This document shows positions 20,808-31,062 of a DNA stretch of 64,000 nucleotides, piece after piece. The notes below the pieces were generated by a model. The model was not told where the DNA came from and made no database searches. It worked only from the letters and a program-made list of their open reading frames with translations. The DNA lies in assembly GCA_038883335.1 (NCBI GenBank), contig JAVZMI010000002.1:9242-73241 (forward strand). The letters run 5' to 3'. Positions within the stretch are counted from its first letter, which is position 1. Each line of letters opens with the position of its first letter. The DNA comes from Candidatus Bathyarchaeia archaeon. Its GTDB lineage: Archaea > Thermoproteota > Bathyarchaeia > Hecatellales > Hecatellaceae. The position numbers were made by a program, and so were the translations under genes.

Positions 20808-20872
20808 CCTGCGACCGAATTTGGATGGTTGTCTATTTTCATCCCTTTTGCTTTAAAAGCTTTTTGTTATTT

Positions 20873-21955
20873 TCATAGTGGGTGAGGGGGCTGGTGGAGC
20901 ACAAGTTGACGTTCCGCCTTCTCACTGGGCAAACCTAAATGTTTAGCTACAATAATAGCCATTAAATCACGAACCTCGTAGAGCTTCATATACAGGTAAG
21001 CGAGAATCTCAGTCAAATGGAAGAAGCGTTGAAAGAAGACCCTCCCACACTCGTTAGCATGATAACGCTTGAAGGCAACCTCAAAGATTGATAAATCCTC
21101 GTTTATCTCATATGCACCAAGTAAAGGAGAGATAACGTTTATGTAATAACCTGAGGTGAAGACTTTGAGAGAGTCCTTCTCCGTAGCCGCCGCAGCAGCC
21201 TTCTTGAGCTCTTTCTCCGTAACCCTATGCAGCGCGGGAATAAAATATTCCTCGATATCGCTTGGTTTAAAGCCCATCTTCTTCATCCTCAGGACAACCA
21301 TAATATTAACCATATCAAAGGTTACACCCAAGAGCTCCGTGCATTGACGGTCACGCCCCTTCAGCCCTCTAGCTTTTTCCCACTCCATAATGGACGTATA
21401 CTTGATTATGGTCTGCTCAACCTCCAAGGCTTGCCTTACAGGATTTACAATCTCCTTTACGAGATCCCAAATCTTAGCTTCTAGGATCCCGTCGCCGAGG
21501 AGCTTCAGGACAGGCTTAACATTCTTACTCTCCACAAGGCTTTTACAAGCTGCGGCGTCGATGTCTCTGTATGGGTGGATGAAGTTGGAGGCTTTCTCCC
21601 ACGGTATCTCCAAAATGATGGATTTGACTATTTGAGCGATGCATCTTCGGCGTATAGAATTGCTGAATTCTCCGAGGAAGTTTATCGCGTTATTGTCTTT
21701 TAGACGCGAGACGAAGAAGTTAAGGTCTGCCTCATATGACTTCATTAGGCTGTGTTCTACTTTCAGGATGTCAAGCTCTCCAAGCGCTGCCGAGGACACG
21801 TAGGGGGCGTATGGTGTACCTTCAAGCCGCCTCAATATGGCTTGGACGCTTTCAGCCCCTAGCATAGCATCATAATCACTCTTGACAAGAAGACGGGACT
21901 TCTTCCCCCTAGCCCTCGGCGAGAGCTCCCCATATTTGTATACTGAACTTAGCAC
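20873..21955 (-). CDS. atpC: A/V-type ATP synthase subunit C (AC39 family)
   Basis: PRARGKKSRLL, LEGTPY, DMVNIMVVLR and LAYLYMKLYEVRDL motifs; operon context. Confidence 0.85.
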   Translation of the reverse strand: MLSSVYKYGELSPRARGKKSRLLVKSDYDAMLGAESVQAILRRLEGTPYAPYVSSAALGELDILKVEHSLMKSYEADLNFFVSRLKDNNAINFLGEFSNSIRRRCIAQIVKSIILEIPWEKASNFIHPYRDIDAAACKSLVESKNVKPVLKLLGDGILEAKIWDLVKEIVNPVRQALEVEQTIIKYTSIMEWEKARGLKGRDRQCTELLGVTFDMVNIMVVLRMKKMGFKPSDIEEYFIPALHRVTEKELKKAAAAATEKDSLKVFTSGYYINVISPLLGAYEINEDLSIFEVAFKRYHANECGRVFFQRFFHLTEILAYLYMKLYEVRDLMAIIVAKHLGLPSEKAERQLVLHQPPHPL

Positions 21956-22167
21956 TTTTCTTTCACCTTGGCAAACTCGAGAATTCTATTTGATAGACGA
22001 AGTAGCAAGATGACACTGCCGATAAACCCAACCGCCACTGCTATGAGGACTATAACAAACCTCACCGCAAGCGTTAACCCCATTGAGGCTGTGATGAACA
22101 AGCTTGCGAACAGAGAGATAAGTACCAACGCGGGCGATATTAGGCCGGCCAGTAGAATCCGCTTCAT
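21949..22167 (-). CDS. Small two-TM membrane protein in the ATP synthase cluster (72 aa from ATG 22167)
   Basis: MKRILLAGLISPALVLISLFASLFITASMGLTLAVRFVIVLIAVAVGFIGSVILLLRLSNRILEFAKVKEKC fills the gap between atpI and atpC; its stop overlaps the atpC start. Confidence 0.6.
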   Translation of the reverse strand: MKRILLAGLISPALVLISLFASLFITASMGLTLAVRFVIVLIAVAVGFIGSVILLLRLSNRILEFAKVKEKC

Positions 22168-22207
22168 CGAGTAGCCTTTAATCTCCACTGGACGTAATTG
22201 AGCTAAT

Positions 22208-24682
22208 TTAAACAACCTTCGCAAACTTCCACTCAATTTTGAACGCCTCAAATGGTACACCATCTCCCCTATAGAACTTGGAGAACCATTCAACCCAGTG
22301 AAGCCTAAGGGTGTGGGCGAAGGTTATGATACCTTCCAGAGCTAGGATCATGAAGAGCGTGACCAAGAAGAAGATAGGCACGAACATAAAGCTACCCCAC
22401 CCCAATAGAGCTATCTCAGAGAATAATGCATGCACGATCCCTAAAGCCATTATCCGCCCATAAGATATGGTGTTAGATAGTGACTCAATCGCCTTGGTGA
22501 TAGCCTCGGAGAAACCTTCTGAGAAACCTTCAGCAATACCGTGGAGTAGTATCATCCCAACAAATGGCGCTATCAAGATAAGAGTGAAACTTAGAGGCTC
22601 ATCTATGATCATCCTGCCTACCTGGAGACCTCTGGTTAGTATGAGATAAGATAAGCCGCCATAGAACCAGAGCCATGAAACAGGGCACAAACATTCTTTA
22701 AATTCCCTATGTACCAGTTTGTTAGCTAAGTCGAGGACTATCCCAAAAATTATCTGAATTATCCCAACGATTATGGCGACCTTTAGCAATACGATAGGAC
22801 CACCGAAGTCCATTAAAGCAGGATTGAACCACAGCGGCTCCGATAGACCAGTCAACATCGTATACCAGTAGGGGCCCTCAGGGTAGTGGTGGTTATGAGT
22901 AAACGTTGGTCCGAAGAAGTCACCGTAGAGGAGACCGAACAAAATCGCCATAACTCCACAACTTATGATTAGCACACGCCCCTTATAGAGGGGATCCCAC
23001 ATCTCCCCCTGTATCTTATACTTGTCGAAGATGGGCTTTATGAGAAGGCCACCAACCAAGACAATTATGCCGTGGCCTATATCCCCGAACATCATGCCGA
23101 AGATTATCGGGAATGAGAGCACCATTATAATCGATGGATCCAACTCGTGATAGTTGGGCAACCCATATGCTTCCACAAGCCGCTCATAGCACCTTGCAAT
23201 GGTCGGATTCCTCAACACCGTTGGAGGCTTATCACCCTCCTCCTCACTTGCAACGTGAAGAACCACACCGGGGAAAGCCTCCCTCACCATGTTAGCGAGC
23301 TTTTCAATATCCGATTCTTTGACCCACATCTCGAATACAGTGGTTCTAGCTGTCCGTCTAGATCTCCTCTTCAACTCCTCCAACTTAAGCTCGATGCCGA
23401 CAGCTTCATCATAGGCGTGTAGAGGGGCTACTTTCCTCGCTATCTCCTCCAACTTGGCTAAGAGCTTGGGGTGCTCATCTGTGAGCACTTTTATCCTTTG
23501 TTCTATACGTAAAATATTGAGGGCTCTCTCCAATATTCTAACATGCTCAAGAGGGGCAACAGCCAGCAGCCGTCTGACTCTTTCCAGCAATGACTCAACC
23601 TCTGAGGGCTGCTCCTCACGCACAGCGTTAATTATTACGTCAACTTCTTGAAGAGTTAGATATTTATCGACATTGAGCAGAACCTCGAAGCCTCTCGAAA
23701 TTTCTTGCGCACTCCTAGAAACCCCTCGCACCGCTTCCTCAACTTCAGGAGAACCTAAGGTTAGACCAGCCAATTTATCAAGTAACCTTTCAGTCTCTCC
23801 GGCATTTGCCCAGAAACGCTCTCCAAGTATGGCTACGATTTCCTTGCTTAACTTCTCTCTTAGGTTCTTCATCGCCTCCTTAATGGTGACAGCCGATGTG
23901 CGGGCGGAATTCAGTTTGCCGACTGCCTCAAGCTTCTTCTCAACAACGTCTTTAGCATCGCGGAGAGTAACTTCAAGTTTTGCTACATGCTCCTGCGCAT
24001 CAGGCAGACTCACTCGGGTCTTCTCGGTGAGGGAGAGGAGCTCATTTATCTCATCGTAAGCTTCCCTTAGCTTAGCCTCATCGGGCGGTAGTTCCCCATA
24101 GGGGAGGGCTAACTTTCCGACCATATCCACATAGAGTAGAGCTTTCTGGACTTCCAGAAGTCTGCTATGGAGATCTTTTATGATATCCCTCTCAGCTAGA
24201 GATCGCCGATCTATTGCGGGGATGGATGAGAGGTCAAGCCCATACTCGCGGAGGAAGCCCTTAACCCCCTGCAGTTCATCATAGAACTGAACTCGGTCGC
24301 GTTCAAGGGATGACTTCTCCTCAGCAGCCATCTTAACCAGATTCTCAACTTCGGCGATACTAACCTCTATGCTCCGCAGCTGTTCTTCTATCTCTCTCAA
24401 AAGTTCCGCGGGCTCCGACCTGAGGGCTACTGGTTCAGGGGGGTGAGGGATGCACCCAAGTTTCTTCTTAACATTAATTATCCTGTTGGACAGGTGAAGG
24501 AGGTGGTCTTCCCTCGTAGACCTCTCAACATCCTCGGTTACAGTTTTATATTTGTTGATCTTCACGGTGTTAAGATTGATGAAGTGCGCTAAACCGAGTC
24601 TGCCTATGCTTCGTAATAGATCATCTATCCTATCAGACGGGGCTACAACCTCGACCCTAACCATACTCGCTGGGCGGAGCAA
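22208..24682 (-). CDS. atpI: A/V-type ATP synthase subunit a/I, elongated (824 aa)
   Basis: PPTVLRNP, YGLPNYHELDP, FGMMFGDIGHG, SNTISYGRIMAL (essential Arg) and LRLHWVEWFSKFY motifs. Confidence 0.93.
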   Translation of the reverse strand: MLRPASMVRVEVVAPSDRIDDLLRSIGRLGLAHFINLNTVKINKYKTVTEDVERSTREDHLLHLSNRIINVKKKLGCIPHPPEPVALRSEPAELLREIEEQLRSIEVSIAEVENLVKMAAEEKSSLERDRVQFYDELQGVKGFLREYGLDLSSIPAIDRRSLAERDIIKDLHSRLLEVQKALLYVDMVGKLALPYGELPPDEAKLREAYDEINELLSLTEKTRVSLPDAQEHVAKLEVTLRDAKDVVEKKLEAVGKLNSARTSAVTIKEAMKNLREKLSKEIVAILGERFWANAGETERLLDKLAGLTLGSPEVEEAVRGVSRSAQEISRGFEVLLNVDKYLTLQEVDVIINAVREEQPSEVESLLERVRRLLAVAPLEHVRILERALNILRIEQRIKVLTDEHPKLLAKLEEIARKVAPLHAYDEAVGIELKLEELKRRSRRTARTTVFEMWVKESDIEKLANMVREAFPGVVLHVASEEEGDKPPTVLRNPTIARCYERLVEAYGLPNYHELDPSIIMVLSFPIIFGMMFGDIGHGIIVLVGGLLIKPIFDKYKIQGEMWDPLYKGRVLIISCGVMAILFGLLYGDFFGPTFTHNHHYPEGPYWYTMLTGLSEPLWFNPALMDFGGPIVLLKVAIIVGIIQIIFGIVLDLANKLVHREFKECLCPVSWLWFYGGLSYLILTRGLQVGRMIIDEPLSFTLILIAPFVGMILLHGIAEGFSEGFSEAITKAIESLSNTISYGRIMALGIVHALFSEIALLGWGSFMFVPIFFLVTLFMILALEGIITFAHTLRLHWVEWFSKFYRGDGVPFEAFKIEWKFAKVV

Positions 24683-24911
24683 ACAGACTCACAACCAGTA
24701 AATTTCAATCTGAGGTAACATCTAAGTATCTTATAATTTTTAAGATTTCCGCAAGTTGCTTAGAAGCTGCTTAAAACTTTGAAAATAGACGAGAAACGCT
24801 TAAGACGTTATTGCCACCTATTGGAATCTTGCAATTAAAGGCTGCTCAGGACAGCAGCGGAGTGAGCCTTGACATTTCGCACCTAATAAATCTGGAGGAG
24901 GTTGAGGAGGG

Positions 24912-26735
24912 TTGTGTGGGATCTTCGGCTGCGTGCAGAGATCTGATCAGGTAGCCAAAGTCATCTACCAAGCTTTAAAAAGGTTGGAGTATAGGGGATA
25001 CGACTCAGCTGGGATAGCAACCCTCCACGAAGGAGTTATATTCGTGAAAAAAGATCAGGGAAAACTTGATCACATCCATGCGCGACTAAACCTTGAAGAT
25101 CTTCCCGGCAGGGTCGGAATTGGACATACACGGTGGGCAACCCATGGTGCACCGCTACAAGTTAACGCTCACCCACACATTGATTGTTCACATCGAATCG
25201 CCGCGGTCCATAATGGAATTATTGAGAATTTTGTAGAGCTGAAGAAAGAGCTGGAAGGATCCGGGCACATCTTCGTATCGAAGACCGACAGCGAAGTTAT
25301 CCCCCACCTTATAGAGGACAAAATAAAGGCTGGGTTAAAGTTCCCAGTGGCTGTGAGGGAAGCTGCAAAAAGGCTGGAGGGTTCATATTCAGCTGCAGTC
25401 ATCTATGAGGGAGAGCAGGATGGGATTGTCTGCCTGAGGGAGAAGAACCCTCTGCTAATCGGCGTAGGTTCAGAAGGGCTTTACGTGGCTTCAGATATAC
25501 CAGCCATCCTTCCATTCACCAATAGGATAGTTGACGTAATGGATGGCGAATTAGTAGTAATTTCTGATACTGGTTACGAGATACGAAAAATAGAAGATTG
25601 GAGTATCGTTGAGAGGAAGCCAAAAATTATTGACTGGAGCATTGAGACAGCTCAGAAGGGAGGCTTCCCCCATTACATGCTCAAGGAGATACATGAACAG
25701 GCTCGGTCGCTCAGAAACGCTCTGTTACTTCAAGATAGATACCTAGATCTGATAGCTACTTTTCTAGACCGCTCCAAACAGATATTCCTTTTAGCCTCAG
25801 GCACCTCATACCATGCTTGTCTTGCAGCTTCATATATGTTCAGCAAGTTTGCATGCGTCGCTGCCTACCCAGTCGTCGGATCTGAGCTGATCCAGCAGTA
25901 TGGCGATTCAATCCACATAGATAGTACCATACTCGCCGTCAGCCAATCCGGAGAGACGGCTGATATCCTCCAAGCCGCCGAGTACGCAAGGCTAAGAGCA
26001 GCGACAGTGCTGGGGCTGACTAACGTTATCGGGTCAACTTTGACTAGGATCTCCCGTGCATATATCTGCCAACAGTCAGGACCAGAGATCGGAGTGGCTG
26101 CTACCAAGACCTTCACAGCTCAACTTATTGTCTTGGCGCAGTTGGCCTTGCGGCTTGCAAAACTCAGAGGAAAGATTTCTCAAGATGAGATTGATGAGTT
26201 CAACGTTAGACTTAAGGAAACACCTAACCTTGTCGAGCTTGTTATCAAAAGGGAGGAGGGTAAGATAAAGCTCCTCGCGAAGAAATATCGAGAGTCGCCT
26301 ATTTTCTATTTCCTAGGTAGGGGAATTAGTAGTGCAACAGCGCTGGAAGGACGATTGAAACTCCTCGAAGTTGCCCGAGTTCCAGCCCTCTCTTACCCAG
26401 CTGGGGAGAGCAAACATGGCCCTATTAGTCTTGTCGAACCTGGTTTCCCCATAATATTCATTGTGCCTAGGGATGAAACGCGAAAGATGGCGCTAAGCAA
26501 CATGATGGAGATGAAGGCTAGGGGAGGGGTTATTATACCTGTTGCAGAGGAGGGCGACGAAGAAGTGTTAGGGTATGGTGAAGACCATATAGAGGTCCCT
26601 AAGGGCGCTCCAGAAATCCTCTCACCTATCCTCTACGTGGTGCCTTTGCAACTTTTCGCATACTATATGGCAGTGGAGAGGGGTTACGACCCTGACAAAC
26701 CATGTAATCTAGCAAAATGTGTCACAGTACTTTGA
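24912..26735 (+). CDS. glmS: Glutamine-fructose-6-phosphate transaminase (isomerizing)
   Basis: MCGIFG, LEYRGYDSAG, GHTRWATHG, HNGIIEN, SQSGETAD, KHGP and NLAK motifs. Confidence 0.95.
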   Translation: MCGIFGCVQRSDQVAKVIYQALKRLEYRGYDSAGIATLHEGVIFVKKDQGKLDHIHARLNLEDLPGRVGIGHTRWATHGAPLQVNAHPHIDCSHRIAAVHNGIIENFVELKKELEGSGHIFVSKTDSEVIPHLIEDKIKAGLKFPVAVREAAKRLEGSYSAAVIYEGEQDGIVCLREKNPLLIGVGSEGLYVASDIPAILPFTNRIVDVMDGELVVISDTGYEIRKIEDWSIVERKPKIIDWSIETAQKGGFPHYMLKEIHEQARSLRNALLLQDRYLDLIATFLDRSKQIFLLASGTSYHACLAASYMFSKFACVAAYPVVGSELIQQYGDSIHIDSTILAVSQSGETADILQAAEYARLRAATVLGLTNVIGSTLTRISRAYICQQSGPEIGVAATKTFTAQLIVLAQLALRLAKLRGKISQDEIDEFNVRLKETPNLVELVIKREEGKIKLLAKKYRESPIFYFLGRGISSATALEGRLKLLEVARVPALSYPAGESKHGPISLVEPGFPIIFIVPRDETRKMALSNMMEMKARGGVIIPVAEEGDEEVLGYGEDHIEVPKGAPEILSPILYVVPLQLFAYYMAVERGYDPDKPCNLAKCVTVL

Positions 26736-26833
26736 AATAGAGCAACTCCCGAGCCACTCCAAGATATCCTTATATAATAAAGTCGTAAATAAATAGCCAC
26801 TTCCATCCGTGAATATAAAAAAAAGTGATTGAA

Positions 26834-27259
26834 ATGCCGGGCGAGTTTGCTGGTAGGAAGCTCAGACTCACTAGACAGTCCTTCAGGTGGAGTGACCGTT
26901 ACTACAAACGGAGAATGCTAAAGCTGGATGTAAAGTCAGACCCCCTCCAAAAGGCGCCGATGGGACGGGGAATAGTCCTTGAGAAAGTAGGCATTGAAAG
27001 TCGGCAGCCTAACAGTGCCGTCAGGAAGTGTGTAAGGGTTCAGCTGATAAAGAACGGCAAGGTAGTAACAGCTTTTCTGCCAGGTGACGGCGCACTCAAC
27101 TTTGTGGAAGAACATGATGAAGTTTTAATCTGCGGCATCGGAGGACCTCGTGGTAGGGCTTACGGAGACCTCCCCGGCGTTCGATACCAGACCATCGCCA
27201 TAAATGGTGTATCCTTAACAGAGTTGCTGTTAGGGAAGAAGCAGAAGCCTGCACGCTGA
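26834..27259 (+). CDS. rps12: 30S ribosomal protein S12 (uS12); ATG start used, track starts at GTG 26825
   Basis: [28 protein letters not shown] and GDLPGVRY motifs. Confidence 0.97.
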   Translation: MPGEFAGRKLRLTRQSFRWSDRYYKRRMLKLDVKSDPLQKAPMGRGIVLEKVGIESRQPNSAVRKCVRVQLIKNGKVVTAFLPGDGALNFVEEHDEVLICGIGGPRGRAYGDLPGVRYQTIAINGVSLTELLLGKKQKPAR

Positions 27260-27426
27260 AAGGCGATGGTGGCGCTCTCTTTACAGCTTCTACCGGCGAA
27301 TGGACATACCTTTGTCCGTTTATTTTTAGACTCTTATTCCGCCACGACTACGCGAGTTTGAAACAGTGATAAATTAAGGCAATCTTATTTAAGAGTGGTA
27401 AGACTTGTCTTCGCACGCAATATACT

Positions 27427-27726
27427 TTAGTGAGTATTGTTGCGTGTTCGAGACGGAGCTGTGTATTGCTTGTTGTCTCTCTCTTTGGTTGGCTCGAAGA
27501 GCCTTGTTCTCCCACCCATAATTGTCATCTTGACACTGTTTTCTTTCACCAGCAACTTCACGTAGCGGTTTACAGTGTACCAGAGGGGATTTGTTAAGAC
27601 TCCGATGTCGGATACTGTGAGAAGTCTAGTTGCGTCCTCTGAGAGAGCCGAGAAGACTGCCTAATTTCGTCTTGGTAAATATTCAACGTGGGTTACAGAT
27701 TTTGTAGGGTTTCGACATTTTAACAT
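27427..27726 (-). pseudogene. Probable winged-HTH regulator interrupted by an in-frame TAG (27661-27663)
   Basis: Manual translation: MLKCRNPTKSVTHVEYLPRRN*AVFSALSEDATRLLTVSDIGVLTNPLWYTVNRYVKLLVKENSVKMTIMGGRTRLFEPTK...; the pattern TVSDI..LT...YTVNRYVKLL...GGRTRLF resembles a wHTH. Confidence 0.45.
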
Positions 27727-27871
27727 TTCCAATGTCGATCGATTTTCTTAGCACCATGTTAAATATGGAAATTCAACACTCAATCAGTAAGTAAACCCAT
27801 GGGCTAGATTATACTCAAAAAGGAAATCGAGCCCAACCCATGTGGCATAAAAATTACCTACTTGACCTCCA

Positions 27872-28321
27872 ATGTATAGGAAAACCTGCAAGTCTGAGGT
27901 TGGAATGCTAATTAAATTTTTAAATTGCCTAAGAAAGACCTTAACACCCTCGGTCGCTGATGTTTTTATTTATTACTCGGCGAAAGAGTGTGGAATCTAC
28001 TTGTACGGCTGGTTGAACGCTAACTATGAGCCTAAAAATGTTGACGAGCTTCTGTCATATCTCCAACGGTTCATGAAAGAAATGAAGCTAGGATTACTAA
28101 ACATATGCGCGTTCAACCCTGAGGATGGAAAGATTGTTTTAAGAGTCGAGAGAGGCTTCGAGGTGGAAACTGGTGTAGGCGGTGAGACATGTGTTTTTAT
28201 GCGAGGAATGCTCGAAGGTCTGATCGAGCAGATCATAGTCAGAAACATTACATTGGAGGAAACAGCGTGTGCCTCAGCTGGCTCGCCTTACTGCGAATTT
28301 AGCGCAACCATTAAGCGGTGA
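27872..28321 (+). CDS. V4R (4-vinyl reductase) domain protein
   Basis: MKLGLLNI, FEVE, CVFMRGMLEG and EETACASAGSPYCEF motifs. Confidence 0.85.
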   Translation: MYRKTCKSEVGMLIKFLNCLRKTLTPSVADVFIYYSAKECGIYLYGWLNANYEPKNVDELLSYLQRFMKEMKLGLLNICAFNPEDGKIVLRVERGFEVETGVGGETCVFMRGMLEGLIEQIIVRNITLEETACASAGSPYCEFSATIKR

Positions 28322-28632
28322 AGAGTAGATTTAGTGAACAAACGTGGGGTCCCTAGTCGAGAAAGACTTCACCCCTGGTATTACTTTAAATTCTTTAAAA
28401 ATCAACAAATACCGTTCTGTCAGTCTTAAAAGTCTGACCAGAGGAGACATTTTTACCTTTAGTCTTCTATTGGGATATTGGTGTATACGCCCCCAATTTT
28501 TACTCGTTCTATAGAAGCCTTCCATAGCTGCGATGCTTAGCTCCGCAGCCTCTCAGAAGATCGCTATTTTCACATTCATCTTGCCAATAGAATAGTGAGG
28601 CGAATAATCTTTTAACCAGAGGTTATTCGCCT

Positions 28633-29217
28633 TTACCTGGAGGAGAGCGCAATCCTCTCTTGTTCATCTCTCTTGGCCACGGCATAGCTCTTGCTATCTC
28701 TCTCAGCTGCCAATAGTATCTCATCAGCAAGGCTTTCATCTATTGTCTTAATGTTGCCGAAAGCATTTTTCCTAGCCCCATCGGCCAAGAACCTCAAAGC
28801 TAAGTCAAGCCTGCGGAGAGGCGCCACATCCACGGCGACGTGATATACAATTCCTCCATAACTAATTCGGGTAGTATCTTCGCAGGGCGCCGAGTTCTCT
28901 ATAGCGCGAATTAGAACCTCTATCGGATTTCTCCCCGACTTGAGGTGAATTATCTCAAAAGCGTTCTTTACTATCTGTAAAGCACGGGCTTTCTTGCCAC
29001 CATTTTTTCCAGGCCTCATCAATTGGTTTGCAAGTCTCTCAACTATCGAGATCTCAGACTTGAGAAAACGTTGATGTTCATGCCTGCCCCCTGAGTGGGC
29101 TGTAAGAGTATCCTTTACTGAAATGTATCGTGCGAGCCCTGGATCCTTTACCTCTAAACCTTCGAAACCCCACTTGCCAAAGAGCTTTATGGGCTCAGAC
29201 CCAACCTTCTCAGCCAC
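28633..29217 (-). CDS. rps7: 30S ribosomal protein S7 (uS7); GTG start after GGTGA
   Basis: KLFGKW, HSGGRHEHQRF, NPIEVL, AVDVAPLRR and ERIALSSR motifs. Confidence 0.97.
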   Translation of the reverse strand: MAEKVGSEPIKLFGKWGFEGLEVKDPGLARYISVKDTLTAHSGGRHEHQRFLKSEISIVERLANQLMRPGKNGGKKARALQIVKNAFEIIHLKSGRNPIEVLIRAIENSAPCEDTTRISYGGIVYHVAVDVAPLRRLDLALRFLADGARKNAFGNIKTIDESLADEILLAAERDSKSYAVAKRDEQERIALSSR

Positions 29218-29300
29218 ACAATCACCAGCAGTTTTGCAGTGTATACTTCCCAACCTCGATTTAAATATTTCACGCGTAATGAACGGAGCGACAATTTGTT

Positions 29301-29316
29301 GAGAAAAAGTTTAAAT
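29301..29316 (+). promoter_or_regulatory. BRE/TATA promoter candidate for tuf
   Basis: GAGAAAAAG followed by TTTAAAT about 90 nt upstream of the EF-1alpha start. Confidence 0.55.
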
Positions 29317-29403
29317 CGACGGAATATGATAAGCCATAAGCCAAGGCTGATAAATAAGCCGTATATAAACTTGTAGGAATGACACTCGGAGGTTTGAAGT
29401 AGA

Positions 29404-30696
29404 TTGCCTGAGAAGCCTCACCTGAACATAGTCGTAAGCGGACATGTAGACCATGGAAAGTCGACTTGTATGGGTCACCTGCTTTTCTTGAAGGGTGCAG
29501 TCAGCGAACGGGATATAAAGGAGTATGCGGCGCAGTCAGAGAAAGCTGGGCGAGGAGAGACTTTCAAGTTTGCCTGGGTTATGGACCGGATGAAGGAGGA
29601 ACGGGAGAGAGGGTTAACCATCGACCTTGCCTACTGGAAGTTTGAAACCGGCAAATACTTCTTCACGATCATCGACGCACCTGGCCACCGTGACTTTATA
29701 AAAAACATGATTACAGGTGCCAGCCAGGCTGACTGTGCAATCTTGGTATCCTCGGCTAAGAAGGGAGAGTTCGAGGCTGGGATTGAGGCGGGAGGCCAGA
29801 CCAGGGAGCATGCTTTCCTCTTGAAGACATTGGGGGTAAATCAGTTAGTTGTGGCAATTAATAAAATGGACGACCCTACAGTCAATTACAGCCAAACTAG
29901 GTATGAAGAGTGCCGAAAGCAGCTTGAACACCTACTTAGGACTGTCGGCTTTGACACCTCGAAAATCCAATTTATACCGATATCGGCTTGGGTTGGCGAT
30001 AACCTTGTAAAACCGAGTGATAAGATGGGTTGGTATAAAGGACCGACTCTAGAAGGGGCTTTAGATCTATTCGAGGTTCCACCCAAGCCTATAGATAAGC
30101 CTCTCAGAGTTCCAATACAAGATGTCTACACTATAACCGGCATTGGAACAGTACCGGTTGGGAGAGTTGAGACCGGCATCATGAAGGAGGGAGACAATGT
30201 CGTCTTCATGCCGGCTAATGTGAAGGGTGAGGTTAAATCCATTGAAACCCACCATGTAAAAATCCCACAGGCTATCCCTGGGGACAACATAGGCTTTAAC
30301 GTGAGAGGCATCTCGAAAGCCGACGTTAAGAGGGGGGACGTATGTGGGCATGTGACAAATCCCCCGAAGGTGGCGAAGGAGTTTATAGCTCAGATAATAG
30401 TTGTCCACCACCCGACCTCGCTCGCCCAAGGTTACACGCCGGTGCTTCACGCCCATACAGCGCAGGTGGCATGCAAGTTCGCAGATTTGATGAAGAAGAT
30501 TAATCCTCGAACTGGTGAAACCGTAGAGGAGAAGCCTGCCTTCCTAAAGACTGGGGATGGGGCGTTGGTGAGATTGCAACCAGTGCGCCCAATAGCGATC
30601 GAGACCTATGCTCAGATACCGCAGTTAGGGCGGTTTGCTATAAGAGATATGGGCACGACTGTAGCTGCAGGAATCGTAAAGGAGATAGTCGAGTGA
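29404..30696 (+). CDS. tuf: Elongation factor 1-alpha
   Basis: [31 protein letters not shown] and GRFAIRDMG motifs. Confidence 0.99.
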   Translation: MPEKPHLNIVVSGHVDHGKSTCMGHLLFLKGAVSERDIKEYAAQSEKAGRGETFKFAWVMDRMKEERERGLTIDLAYWKFETGKYFFTIIDAPGHRDFIKNMITGASQADCAILVSSAKKGEFEAGIEAGGQTREHAFLLKTLGVNQLVVAINKMDDPTVNYSQTRYEECRKQLEHLLRTVGFDTSKIQFIPISAWVGDNLVKPSDKMGWYKGPTLEGALDLFEVPPKPIDKPLRVPIQDVYTITGIGTVPVGRVETGIMKEGDNVVFMPANVKGEVKSIETHHVKIPQAIPGDNIGFNVRGISKADVKRGDVCGHVTNPPKVAKEFIAQIIVVHHPTSLAQGYTPVLHAHTAQVACKFADLMKKINPRTGETVEEKPAFLKTGDGALVRLQPVRPIAIETYAQIPQLGRFAIRDMGTTVAAGIVKEIVE

Positions 30697-30753
30697 TAGG
30701 TTCGACTTACCTTACCATCCTACTATAGCGTTAAATGTTGGACAGAGGATTGC

Positions 30754-31062
30754 ATGGTGCAGAAAGCCAGAATTCGCTTGACTAGCGTGAATCAGCAGAA
30801 ACTGGACGAGATCTGCAAAGAGATCAAGGATATAGCGGAGAAGGTTGGAGCGAAGATTTCAGGCCCCATACCACTCCCCACAAAGCGGATCGTGCAACCC
30901 ACAAGAAAGAGCCCCTGCGGCGAAGGCACCGCCACATGGGATCATTTCGAGTTGAGGGTCCATAAACGGCTGATTGAAGTTGAAGCCAATGAGAGGCTTA
31001 TGCGGCGGGTTATGCGAGTAAGAGTCCCCGACGATGTATATATCGAGATAAGCCTCGTTTAA
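30754..31062 (+). CDS. rps10: 30S ribosomal protein S10 (uS10)
   Basis: [16 protein letters not shown] and VHKRLI motifs. Confidence 0.98.
   Translation: MVQKARIRLTSVNQQKLDEICKEIKDIAEKVGAKISGPIPLPTKRIVQPTRKSPCGEGTATWDHFELRVHKRLIEVEANERLMRRVMRVRVPDDVYIEISLV

Noticed and set aside
27407..27454. SECIS-like reading of the hairpin (GAA bulge on the minus strand)
   Set aside because: The base opposite GAA is not the conserved A, and the nearby internal stop is TAG, not TGA.
28331..28525. 64-aa minus-strand ORF
   Set aside because: No recognisable features; likely spurious in AT-rich DNA.
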